Origin: Eledone cirrhosa
Lineage: Eukaryota
Length of the DNA: 64,000 nt
Direction: 5' to 3'
Assembly: GCA_964016885.1 (NCBI GenBank)
Contig: OZ024745.1
Coordinates: 31,124,001-31,188,000, forward strand
In this document: piece after piece, positions 35,620 to 49,000 of the stretch
Layout: each line of letters starts with the position of its first letter
Position numbering within the stretch: position 1 is the first letter of the stretch
Position numbers and translations under genes: made by a program
Notes under the pieces: model-generated
The model's input: only the letters and a program-made list of their open reading frames with translations
What the model was told of the DNA's origin: nothing
Databases searched by the model: none

Positions 35620-36924
35620 GACAGTTTATGCTGCTGAATAAAAATCAATATTGTATAAAAATGAATAGAGAGATATGCAATTTGGATTTTTTTCTAATGA
35701 TTAGGTTCTGACAGCAAGCCCCATAACATGTCTAAAATTGAACACCTAAGTACTAAGTAGATTTGATTTATCATTTTTAAACATGTGATTTTACAACTGC
35801 CAAAAAAAAAATGAATGGTTTAAAAATACCAATAAATTAAACTAATAAAGCTTTTTGATTTGAAAGAAATACTAAATTTTCAAATTAGGATGTTCTGTTT
35901 ATGTGTGTATGGTGTATACATTTTGAAAATAAAAAAAATGACAGTTTTATATTTTCTTCATTAACCATATTTTCTTTTGTGGTAAGAAATAGCATCTAAA
36001 TATAGTGATGGGAGTGATTTATATCTGTGTTGCTCTGAAGTACATAATATAATAAAGAAGACTCAAGTAAAATATACAACCATATTTCGTACTTATTACT
36101 GTTGTTTGTTTGGGAAGAAAAATATTTCACAATTTCATATAAGTAGGGTAAATTTGTAGCATAGAACAGTCCTTTCTACATAATATAGTATTTCAATATT
36201 TTTAAATTAATTTTAAAAGATTTTAAATTATAAAAATAATGTTCTTTTTTTTGTTATTCTTGAATGAACCATTCTGAAAAAACAATTCTTCATAAAAGTT
36301 GTTCTAGGTATATTATCAATCACATTGAACTAAATTTGTCATAAAAACTCAAGTGAGAATCATTAATAGGTTATAGCTTACACCTTTTTATTAAAATTCA
36401 TCAAGAAGTATTCGAAAATTATTTCATGATTCATATTTTCCCAACTTAATGAAAGCAACCTTTCTGTAGTCGGACGAAACAATTTATAAATATTTGGATC
36501 ATATACAATTATTATGTACATATTTTTGGGGGATATTCAGGATCAGTTAATATAGCCTGTATATGGCATATGAAACAGATAAAGACAGCTCATTTGCTGG
36601 TTTTATGAATTTCAAAAACTAAAAATATTTTTTCAACAAAAATAATTTTTTTTTCTTTGTAATACTTTAACATCTTGTTATTTGAAACAAAATATACAAT
36701 TATATATATATATATATATATACATATACTAATGTAGCTTCAGTTTTTTTTTTGTTGTTTTTTTTTGTATTTTGAAAGAATAGATATGATTGTTATTGTA
36801 GATGCCCTACAATAGATATTTTCGAAATTTAATACAGACTTCTGCACAATAAAGCATCTTAGGTATATGGATGGATGGAAACTTGAAAGACAGGAGATGT
36901 CAACATAAGTTGAAATGGTAGCAC

Positions 36925-37000
36925 TTATTCAAAAATTAAAGTGACCACAAGCATACAAGCAATACCTGCACATATGCAAAGTATTTGTTTGAATGACTGC
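36925..37000 (-). CDS. SLC39A13: SLC39A13 last coding exon
   Basis: ttacag|[24 protein letters not shown]. Confidence 0.9.
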
Positions 37001-40000
37001 CTGTAATAAAAAAAAAAAAGAAAATGTATTAAAGATATCTGAAGTGCAAAATTCAAAATGAAAAACATTTGTTTATTTAAATTGACTTTACGTTAAAAAT
37101 GAATAATTTTATATACACATTTCTGCTATGAACATGGATTTATGCCAAAAGAAAAACATATATGTATATATAGCATTAATGTTTATTTCAATGTATGTCA
37201 CCATTTATTTCATACATTCTACTGTGTTTAAACTATTTTTTATATATTATTGCTCTGAAATTCTATTTTATTGAGTTCTTTGCAAAACTCTTCACAAAGC
37301 ATTATTCTTGCTTAATCAACAAAATATTTTTCTTTTATCAGTTCACAGTGTGAAGTAGTAATGCTGATGCCATGATAATTACACCCAGTGCATCCTGTAA
37401 AGTAGTAGTAGCAGAGCTATGATAAAACACTCCTGGCACACACTGTGAAGTGGTTGGCATTAAGAAGAACATCCAGCCACAGAAACACTGCCTATAATTT
37501 CTTAAATAATCAAGAATAAAAGAAATTTAAAAGTTAAAATTTAAAGAAATATAAATTTACTTTGGTTCAGTCTCTTCAACAAGTTCTGGTACAATGGACA
37601 CAAGAGCAATATAAATAAAGCCCCCAGATGTAAATGGCAAAATCCAAGCCGTCTTCATACCTGTTTAAACGAAAAAAGAAAAGAAAGGAAAATGTATTAT
37701 AGATGCAATCTTCCTAATGAAACAACTACAGAAGTACTTAGCAAGGAATAAGTTACTAGACATAGCATTTGTCTATCAGGGAAGGAAGTTTGACAGGAGG
37801 ACATGCTCTATGATCTGGTGGGTGCTAAGGAAGATAGGTGTAGATAGGTAACTTGATAGAGGTGGGCAAGCCATGTATAGAGAGGCAGTCAGCAATATGC
37901 AAGTAAAAAAGTAGTTTAATAATGAACTTAGTGTGTAGGTAGGGATCAATCAAAGTCCACTCCTCAGCCCCTTGGTATCTATTATAGTCCTTCAGGCCAA
38001 ATCAGAAGAGTTTAAGATTGGTTGTCCATGGGAACTTATATATGCAGATGACAGATGATGCCTTGCTCAAGGACAAATTCACGACCTTACAATCATGAGC
38101 TAAACAACTAACCCACACATCAACTGGTGCTCAATTTATAATTTAACTGGAGTAATGACTGTTAAATGAAATATTACAACACTTATCATAATGATAGTAT
38201 GGTGAACTAAAAAGGTTTTATTTCTCTCACTGAAAATATCAATTGTTTTTCATTCATTCATGTAAGTTACCTGCTTCTTCAATGGAATCAGCACTCAATG
38301 CTGTTAACGTACCCAGCAGTCCACCTGAGGCTGTTAAGATCTAAAAGTAAAAATAATAGGAATAGATAATCATTAGAAATGAATAACACTGATTACATGT
38401 TTTGGATATAGATTTAAAGAGGAGGAATATAATTACTTGATTTGACCCTCAAATGCATGCTGGGTATTTTATATCATCAATACCCAGAGTGGTGAAAAAC
38501 AAAATCAATATCTTGCAGGATTTGATTCTAGAGTGTAAAAGGACTAAACACTGAAAAATATGCTGTAAAACAGTAGAATCCATGGAAACTAGTAATGATC
38601 TGCATCAGCAAAAAATTATACAAATAATATAAACAATGGAATAAACTGTATGTTGTAAAGAAGTCTATTATTTTAGGTAGAACCCTTTGCTGAATGGAGA
38701 TATGGAGTTTGATGCAGCACTATTTCTGTCAAGACACAGCCATAATAATGATATTCTTGGGGCATGTTTCAATCTGCAATCCCTCAGTTTCCAAACGATC
38801 TGGTACAAGAAAGAAGAGTTTTCTTACTTTTTCAATTTGAATGAGTGTAGATGCTTGCAATATCAACTTTTGAATATATTTAATATAATAACATTTTAAG
38901 GTGTTATAGATGATCTTTGGAAAGGCACAATCCTTAAGCATACAGTTTGAGGATTTATGCAATTATACATTGGCTGTTGGGGAGGGGTTGGTCAACACAC
39001 TCACACATGCTTTGATGTCCAAGCCGTGCTAGAATGAAAAGCCAAGTACATCCAACAATATTCTGTCAGACACACCACACTCTTTTCAAGTCCACCTTCA
39101 TGACCTGATACTTGCTCTCTCATGGTAGGATGAACCCTTCCTTGGCAAACAGTGTGTAGCTTGTCCTCCCTTTCATCTTATACCCTTGGTCTTGGACACA
39201 TCACCTTAGGGTTGTAATGAGGTAGGACTGGTAGGTCATGATAAAACTCATTCCCAGCCCATTATGTAAAGTGGTCATACTGGTGCCATGATAAAAAGTA
39301 CTCAGTCCACCCTATAAGATAGTAGAGCTAGTGTCCTGATGAAAATCACCCAGTCAACACTGTAAGGTGGTAGGGATAGTAACATAACAAAAAGTACCCA
39401 GTACTCACTGTATGGTTGTAGTGCTGGAGCTATGATAAAATGCTCCAAATACATGCTGTAAAGTAATTGGCATTAGGAAGAACATCCAATCATGGAAACT
39501 AACCACAAAATGGATTGTATGACCTAACCAGCCTAACCACAGAATATGACAACCCCCTAACCCAAGCAAGCATGGAAAATAGATGTTAAACAGTGGTGGT
39601 GGTGATGATGGTAAACCTACATTTAGAAACTCCTGGAAAAAGTTCAACATTATAGATGCTGCAGATAATATAGCTGAGTCATGAGATTGAAGTGTAGTCC
39701 TCAGCTATGAATGGCGTTTGGAAAAAGAAAGATATTGTGACATTGGCAAATGATGTAGGATCTGAAGAAGTTATACAGGATGATGTGATTGAGTTGCTAG
39801 TGTCCCATAGAGAAAGTTTGTCTAATGAGAAGCTAATACTTATAGAACAAGAACAAGCAGCAATGTGAGAGGAGAATACAGGAATTAACCCTTTAGCATT
39901 TACATTACTCTATATATACTATTATATTTTCATGATTAATTATCTCACATAATATCAAATCTATGAGATTTTGATATTATTTATTTTGAGAACAATACCT

Positions 40001-43000
40001 TAATATCAGTATGAGTGGCCAGTTACAGCCAGTTTGATCAGAGAGAGGTGAGAAAATTCTGGCCGGATATGGCCGGTTTAAATGCTAAAGGGTTAAACCA
40101 ACTCTGTTTAAATTGACAGCAAAGAATATTACTAAAGGGTTGGGATTTATTAATGAGTGTCTGCAAGTTTTTGCTGATAACAATCGTAATTGTGAACATA
40201 CTATAAAAATTACAAGAGGAATTTGTATTGAGCTCAGTTTCTACACTAAGCTGTACTAACAAATTCAAATCAGTTTTTTATTCCTGCCGATGCAGATATT
40301 GATGATGATGAACTATAGACCAGAAGATAGGGTCTGTCCTCCTTCTAGTAACCCGCTCCCTTAACATAGCAGTGAACATCCTATTATCATATTACGATTC
40401 TTATTTCTTCATTAATGTATTTCTCACCAAATGTTTTAAAACACACTTATTTTACTTTCTATATTTAGAAATTGTTCTTTTTATGCATAAAAATGGTTGT
40501 ATTGTTTGTTTCTTTTTTTTTTTTTTTTGTAAAATTCCATTGGAGTGCATCTCACTTTATGACATGAAATTCAATTGGAAAGTAAGCTTTGTGTAATGGA
40601 ATTCCATGTTATGGTAAGATCTTCAGAAACACAATACATCTGTAATGTAAAGGATTCTTGTATTGTGTTTTATACACAGAATAGAAAATGTGGCATAGGA
40701 AGAAAAACTGTAGAAATATATAATAATCACCTGCTGAATAAATGACCCTAGTAAGATAATTGAACAAAACAAAATAATAATAATAATAATTAAGAGAGAA
40801 TGCACACAATTGAAAATGAAATTTCTTGTCCGAAAGAAAAGGTTTTTATAAATATTGTGGATAAAAAAATGAAATATCAACATTTTTTTTTTAAGTAGAA
40901 AAAATATACGTGAGGTCTGTGAAGATTTTGAAATCAGTGCAAAACAGATCCAATGGTTGTTTTTCCTTGATCAATAAAAATAAGTGCATTGCTATTTCAA
41001 AAGCTTAACACATTCTCTTGTACATATATAATAAATAAACGCAACCATGCCTCTCCTGGTCTTGATGGTGTTACGTACCTGCTTCTTAAACGTGGTGGGT
41101 ACTTCCTTCTACACCAGTTATCACGCTTCTTCCAATTCTGTCTGAACAACAGTGCTACTCCAGAACAGTGGAAAACTGCCAGTGTAATTCCTCTGTTCAA
41201 AAAGGGTGACCGCACATCACCTGTGAACTATCGTCCAGTCAGTCTTACTAGTTGCATCGCCAAACTGATGGAATCCTGTGTCAGAGAAACACTTTGGAAC
41301 TTTTGGAGCTCTCACAGTCTTATCCGGCCTTCGCAATTTGGATTTATCCCCAACTCCAGCTGCTGTGATCAACTTATAGAGTTTCTTGAGGACATCACCC
41401 GGATCACTGATGGCGGCTCATGGGTGGATGTTGTTTACCTTGACTTTGCGAAGGCCTTCAATTCTGTGCCGCACAAAAGGCTTATGGCAAAACTCTCTGC
41501 AATGGGTGTGAAGGATGATCTTTTTAACTGGTTGAAGTCCTTCATTCTCAGTCGAAGAGAGGTAGTCACGGTTCTGGGACAGCATTCCTCACCATATGAG
41601 ATGTCATCTGGTGTACCTCAGGGATCTGTTCTTGGCCCCCTTTTGTTTGTGGCATATATTAATGACATAGATGCCAACTTAAGGAATGCCACAGTACTAA
41701 AGTACGCAGACGACATCAAGCTGTACCTTGAGATAAAAAGGACAGATCCTGAACACTATAGATCTTGCTTGCAGTCTGACCTGGACACAATGCAACAGTG
41801 GATCTCAGACTGGCAACTCAAGCTAGCTGTGGACAAGTGCACCACCATGCATTTTGGGAGTAAAAACCCAGCGTCCACATACTCCCTCCACAGCACTAAT
41901 ATCAAGAAGTCTTCCTGTGAACGTGACCTGGGCATTACGGTCAGCAGCGATTTGCGTTGGACGAGGCACGTCTCTAAAATTGTCAAGAGGGCCGAGGGTG
42001 TCTTAGCATCACTCAGCAAGACCTTTGTCAGCCGCTCTCCAGATATCTATTTAAGGCTGTATACAGCTATGGTGCGACCACACTTAGAATTTGCATCACC
42101 AGTCTGGAACCCCTATCTTGCTCAGGACATTGACCGCCTGGAAACTGTTCAGAGACGTGCAACCAAGCGAATACCCTCCATCAGGCATCTACCATACTCT
42201 GATCGCCTTGCTTCCCTGGGCATGGATTCTTTGAAGCTCCGACGCCTGGCAACTGACTTGGTAAACACCCACAAAATTGTTAACCATGTTGCCAACAACA
42301 ACCCTGAGTGCCTTTTCGATTTCCATGTGTCTAACACACGTGGACATGCCCACAAAGTAAGAAAACAGCACAGTTCCCATGACTTTCGGAAACATTTTTT
42401 CACGCTCAGAGTTGCTGAAGCATGGAACAAACTACCTGCATCAGTTGTTAGCTGTCGAGACACTGCATCCTTTAAGGCCTCCATGCTTCCCGAGATCCGC
42501 CAACACTACAGCTAACACATACAAACATGTACTTCCCTGGCATTTGTGTATTATTCTATGTACTATATTGACGAGTTGTAGTGCACCTGAGCACTTTACA
42601 CAATAATTTCATTATTATTATTATTATTATAATAATACAGCCTTTAGAAATGAAACTTAAAAAGCAGAAGGCAAATTCAGATATGTTACCACAGTAGAAA
42701 ATAATTTTAGAGATGATGCAGTAGTTAAAATTATAACAGATCAATATTTATATTTTGTCTTGGATAAGGATAGAATTACTAGTCATTTATTGCTTTATAA
42801 AACTATTTTAAGGAAGACTTCTTTCTTTTCTTTACCTTTTCATCAGCATATATGAGATATGTTCTTAAAGATTCTCTATTTGGAAAATAATTAGTATCTG
42901 TTATTGTTTAACCTCTCTGATCCTGCAAATCTATGAACAAAAGCAGCCCCAAGCCAATATGTTGTTTAACCCTTTAGCATTTACATTACTCTATATTTAC

Positions 43001-46000
43001 TATTGTATTTTTGCAGTAAAAGCTTTACCTCACATAATTATCTCACATAATATCAAATCTACGAGATTTTGATATTGTTTATTTTGAGAACAATACCATA
43101 ACATTGGTATGAGTGGCTGGTTACAGCTGGTTTGAACAGAAAAAGGTGAGGGAATTCTGGCCGGATATGGCCGGTTTAAATGCTAAAGAGTTAACCTGTT
43201 ACAAGAGTTTAGAACTGAAAATCTCAGGAGAGAACACCAGCAATATTGATATGTAGTTCATCTCCCTTCATTAATATATAAGAGGAGTTTAAGATGGTGG
43301 TTGGAAACAGAGTTGGTGTTTAAAATGACAAAGTTCACACCAAACAATCATTAAGCTAACTATTACTATAGATTATGTGGTTAAGTGAGAAACTGTCTTT
43401 CTCCATGTGACAGCAACTGATGAGATGAGCAGTTGCTGAAATATCACATTTGATATGTGTAGTTTATTTAATGTTTGCCTCAGTGTTTAAATACCTTGAT
43501 TAGACGAACTAGAAAATTTTACCATCAAAGTCCATGTGAATTTATCTATTAGACTTGTCTACTGACAGAAATAAATGATGGCTATAAACAAAAGTGTGTA
43601 GAAGTTCTTAATAATAAGGTATTCCAGTTATTCCACCTTTCTCAGCTGCTGCCTCCATCTTCACCTCATCCCTTAAAGTTTCTGCCTCTACTTCCACTCC
43701 ACCACTCACCTCTTCACCCTTTATTGAACCCATCCTCACCCATTTTCCCTGGCTTCTCATGTTTGCCACCCACCACTTTTCCCAAATTTACACCAATGAC
43801 AGCAACCTCCCCTCCTTAAACTGTTCTTCATTTGTCATCCTCTCCTCACTCACTCAATCCTTTCTTTCATCCAATACCTCAGTTGCCTACATTTTCACTT
43901 CCTTAACTCTACAGATTCATTAACTTCTCTCCTTAACAGCATCCCTGCAAATACTGCTTCCAGCCCTTTCCACATCACCCCAGTCCTCTTGCACATATCT
44001 TTCTTACACCCACCTAAATCCTCAACAACCAACCTCCCCTGCATACTTCGACTCCATCCCACTCATGCAGAGTTCTCCATTCAAAATCTTCACCCAGTTT
44101 TCTGCCCAGTTAAAAAAAGTCCCTATGCTTGGGTTTTAAGGGCATAAAAATGAAGTTGTCCCCAGACATCACCAGACCTCTGCATTCCACTACCACATGC
44201 CATCCCATATTCATGATACCAACCAAGGCCTTTGTTTGCTCCCTGGTCCATCCCACCTCCTCTTTATCCTTGACATCAAGTCCTTATACATATGAGAGCC
44301 ATTGTTTTCCAAGACTTTATCACTTAATACTAGACTGCTAAGACCTGCACCTCTGCTGTTCTTTCTCTTTTTGTGTATATGTATGTATGTGATATAAATT
44401 GATATAAGTAAACTGTATGTGTGCTTTTGTAAGCAGAATTGTGTTTGTTGATGGTAGACTAAATTACGTGTGCATCCAAGTGAAGTAAGAATAATGTTGA
44501 TAGGGAAGATGGTTGTGTAAACATAGCATAATTTCACAATATATCGTATAGTTCTTAAGGAGAATAAAATATAAGAGAAATATACATGTTGAATGTATAA
44601 GGCAGGAAGTAGAAGTATAGATACAGCTGCATGTGGTTTACAAAGAGATGAGTTAGTCAGCCAAGACAACAGTGTGGTGAGGAGGTGGAAGGTAGTCCAG
44701 CTTCAGGTAGTGCGTATATGTAATAACACAAACACACATATATTACATTAACTATGTGACACCCACTGCTGAAGCAACACTGCCAACATCATCACTTCCA
44801 CTAACACCACTGAAATGTAAAACATTCTCATTTAGTCTATTCAAGCATTAAATTAATAGCATTTATCATCCTGTGTTGCTTCCCTGTGGCTTTTTTGTTT
44901 ACTGTTATATATTGTTTTTGTTCTTACATTGTGTGTAACGTAATAATCCATAAGTAGTGAAAGAACTCTATATGAGTAGAAGAACCATATATTTACATAA
45001 TACTGATATACAATATTATGCTGGCTACAACCTGGTTTCACATTTAAGCATATCATTTTATTACAGATAATACACCCCAATATATACTCTGCCTTCCTTA
45101 GATGTTAATATTTATAAATTGGAGATGGTAAAAATGTGAGAAAAATGAGAGAAGACAAGAATTGCTTAAAATTAGTGAGCTGAAAATGGTAATCCTTATG
45201 CGTATGGTATACTTAAAAACATGTACAAATAATTAAGACAATATTACTTCAAGCATATATATTCTAATTATGAATTAATTAATTGCTAAGATATTGAAAG
45301 TGATATTAAACATTACAAACATCAGTTTGAGACAGAAAAAGAAAATATACAGAACCTATATTTAAATTCTAAAAGATTAAATACATTGTTTTAAATCTGG
45401 GGTCTCCAACATATGGCCCATGAGCCGCATGCACCATGAAAACCACTTTCCTATGGCCCACAGCAGAATAGTTTTGTTTTCTGTTTTAATATTCAGATTA
45501 CAATATATTGCAATTTGCCAATGGAATATAATCAAATGAAAAAAAAGAATTTAACAAAAGTGAAAACGGAAAATTTGAAAGAGAAAATGCCCCACCCTCC
45601 CAATATTTTGTACTAATTCACATATCCCACTATCATATGTGTATTATCTTGAAAAATAAATAGCATCCTATGAACTGTATTGTAGATTAACATTATAACT
45701 GGTGGAAATCACACTATCACCTCTCATCTTACTTTTGGTCCACTGTGCCACTCCTCCAGGGTGTAATGACCCTTTTGAGCCCTTGAGGTTGAGGCCCCTG
45801 GTTTAAATAGACATTATATTTGTTGATAAGTGATTTATAAAGAATAGCATATTAATGTTCTCACCTGTGCTTTTGCAGCTTTCCACCTGTCAAAACCAGA
45901 ACGCAGCAATATGGCAAAATCCCCAACTTCATGAGGGATTTCATGTACTAGGATTGCAAATGTCGTTATAATTCCGACCTGAATAGAAAGGTTAAAATGT

Positions 46001-49000
46001 TTCTATTTCTTCTTTTAAATATTAATTTTTTAAAAAAGTATGAAAATTTTGATATAAACAAAATTCAAGTCGCTGAATATAAAAGAGTCAATCATAAATA
46101 ATAATTTCAATGTAACATTTTCATGATTTGAAATATAAGATATACCTTTTGTTATAATAAACATATAATTTGAGACTTACTTTAAAAAGTAAAGAAAATA
46201 GCTATACAACTGGTGAAAAGTTGGGTTTGACCTGACTATTTTTTCTCTTAGATCTGACAATGAAAGAATACCAACCTTTTGTCAACACAGAAATAAACTC
46301 TGTTGTGTAATCAATTTGCTTGCTTCCCACAGATTGTATAAAATTGTATAAACATTAGAAAAGGTGTAGCTTCCATTTCAAATTATCCAAAACCAATGTA
46401 CAATGCATTATGAATTCATTAATGTCTTTATAGTACATATAATTTTGTGCATCATTTTATACTAGACCGGAAAATACGGGCGCATGTGTATTAATATTCT
46501 TAAATAATAATAAACCTGGAAAAGTACAGGACAAGTAGAATTAACTCTTAAAATATTGAAGCTGGAATTGGAATTTGCTGAATTCAATGTACAGTAAAAT
46601 TAGCAATGCCAAGAGATAATAAGAAATAATAATGAATTAGGGGATTTATTAGATATTAAGTCATCAGTTTGCCTAAGTCAGCAATCACCATTTTGCCAAC
46701 CAAATGCAATTAATGTCATCAATCTTTTGTACATAAATTGTCAGTTCATTTAAGTTGTCACTTTTTTTGTCCCTTTAGTGGGTTAATTATACTGTATTAC
46801 TTTAAAAATAGACATTAAAAATTAATTGAAATTAATAGTAAAAAGTAATAAGCTAAATTTTGCATAAATTGTCATCATATTAAAATTATTAATCTAATTT
46901 CATTTTAAAAAAAGTTAAGCCAAAATTTGTCAAGATCGAATTACAGTTGACTCTCCCTAATTGTCAGCGCCATTTTTGGCCCAACTTTTATTTTTTGTGA
47001 CTCTCCCTAATTGTCAGTCATTTTTACAGTTCCTTTGAGTGACAATTAGAGATAGTCAACTGTATTTCAAAAAGAAAATTTAGTGATCAAGTGCGATATC
47101 ATTCTGATTGATAATCTGGATTACTGTTCCTTTCTTATGAGGAAAGCAGAGACTATCTTTTACAAATTAGCACCAAAGATTAACTAGGCCATTCCTAATG
47201 AATCAAGGTGATTTCTAGACCGTTTCTAATTATTTAATTAATAATTAAAGTAAAAAATTATCTTGGTTGTCTTTAGGTCATTCTTGTGTTATTCTAAATC
47301 TATCCATGAAAGAGCTAGGAATGACCATTCCACATGCCAGTGCCGAAATACTGGCACAGAAATGCCTGCACCGAAACGTCCTGTTCCATGCCATCTTAAC
47401 AACCTTCACCTCCTTGTGATTAAGTGTGATGTCATAGGCTTATTATTGTACATTTAATTCATCAAATTCAAATTCCAGCTTCAATATTTTAAGAGTTAAT
47501 TCTACTTGTCCTGTACTTTTCCAGGTTTATTATTATTTAAGAATATTAATACACATGCGCCTGTATTTTTCAGTCTAGTCCCCCTTTTTTTAAGGCATTG
47601 CAGCAAATTATTTTATTTAAATTACCTTTACCATTTGCTAAGGCATTTACAATCCTTTTTTCATCAATAAAAATTAATTTTTCATTTCAATATTTCTATA
47701 AAATCCAAAATATTAAAATTGAAAAGATTTTTGTATAATATAATCAATAGAGACATTTGCCTTTTCTGAACACCCTTACTACAAGCCTTCAGGTGTGCCC
47801 ATAGAGACAAAGCTATAATTGACTATACTCTAATGATCAATTTAGAGTTTAACTTAACAAGTGAAGTTATTAAAGATGCTAGAAAAAAAAGCAATTAAAA
47901 TAAGTGAGTCAAAAATAAATAAAATTAAGTAGTAAATAAATAAAATGCCAATAAACAGTGAGCTCAAATTCAACAATAATTTGTCCAGAATTAGCATTTG
48001 GTCCAAAATAAAATTATGTAGTCGAAAATCAGCATTTAGTCCAAAATAATCAGCAAGTAGTCCAAAACAAAATGATGTAGTCCAGAATTAACAGTAGTCC
48101 TAATTATAAGTTGGTAGTCCAAGATCAATAGTCCAAAATCAAAAATCTAAATTTTTTCCATAAACAATACAACCACATTAGGTAACTTAGGAGGAAATTT
48201 ATTGTGCCTTTTTTTGATAATGTTGTCACTAATTTCATCCCAATTTTCAGCACCACTTTTTACCAGACAAGTATAATGGCCTGCCGTAGATGATACTCCT
48301 TCATGAAGAATAGCAGCTTTTAATGTGAAATGTGTGCCATATATTTGCTGCTTTTTTGAGCTAAAGTTCATAATATCACAATTAATTCTTTGTTCTCCTT
48401 CATTATTAATAAAAAATCAACTAATTGAGATGACAAGATATTTGAAATCGTTAGTAAATTCAATTCTTGAAGTTATTTGATGCTCAGTATTTTCAGAACA
48501 AGTATCACAGTATTTAGTCAAAGTATTTGTTGTTGAAAGTAGAGATTTAAATTGTTGTGTGCCATTAATAGGATTTAATATCAAATCCTCTTTTATTTGA
48601 AATGGAAGTTCAGATTCTATACCACATCCAGGTCTTGAATTACAATTGCAAACATTTAAAGCTTGGCAATTTGTTTGATGCAATCGGATGCATCTAGTAT
48701 GATCAGTTTGAATAAATTGAAGTTTTTCTCTAAATACCAAGTGCAAATGTAGAGAGAGTTCTTTCCAAAATTCATGAGCACATTGCTGATTTCCATCATG
48801 AAATCTTCCTCCAATTCTTCTTCTTAAGTTAGCGACATTATTATGATTATTAAAAATGATATTGCTTAATTCTTGATGAATTCCATTCATGTTGTTAAAA
48901 TTATGCAAATACTCTACAAATTCAGGCAATTGATTCAGTGATTGCACAACTGAATTTGTAAAACAAGCATTTCTTTGGTTGATCAATTGATGTTTAGGGA

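Noticed and set aside
48417-48419. Programmed read-through or Sec at the TGA within the helicase-USP frame
   Set aside because: The position matches the Arg of the USP LKRF motif, and the copy has other lesions (5' truncation, in-frame deletion). A CpG nonsense mutation is simpler.
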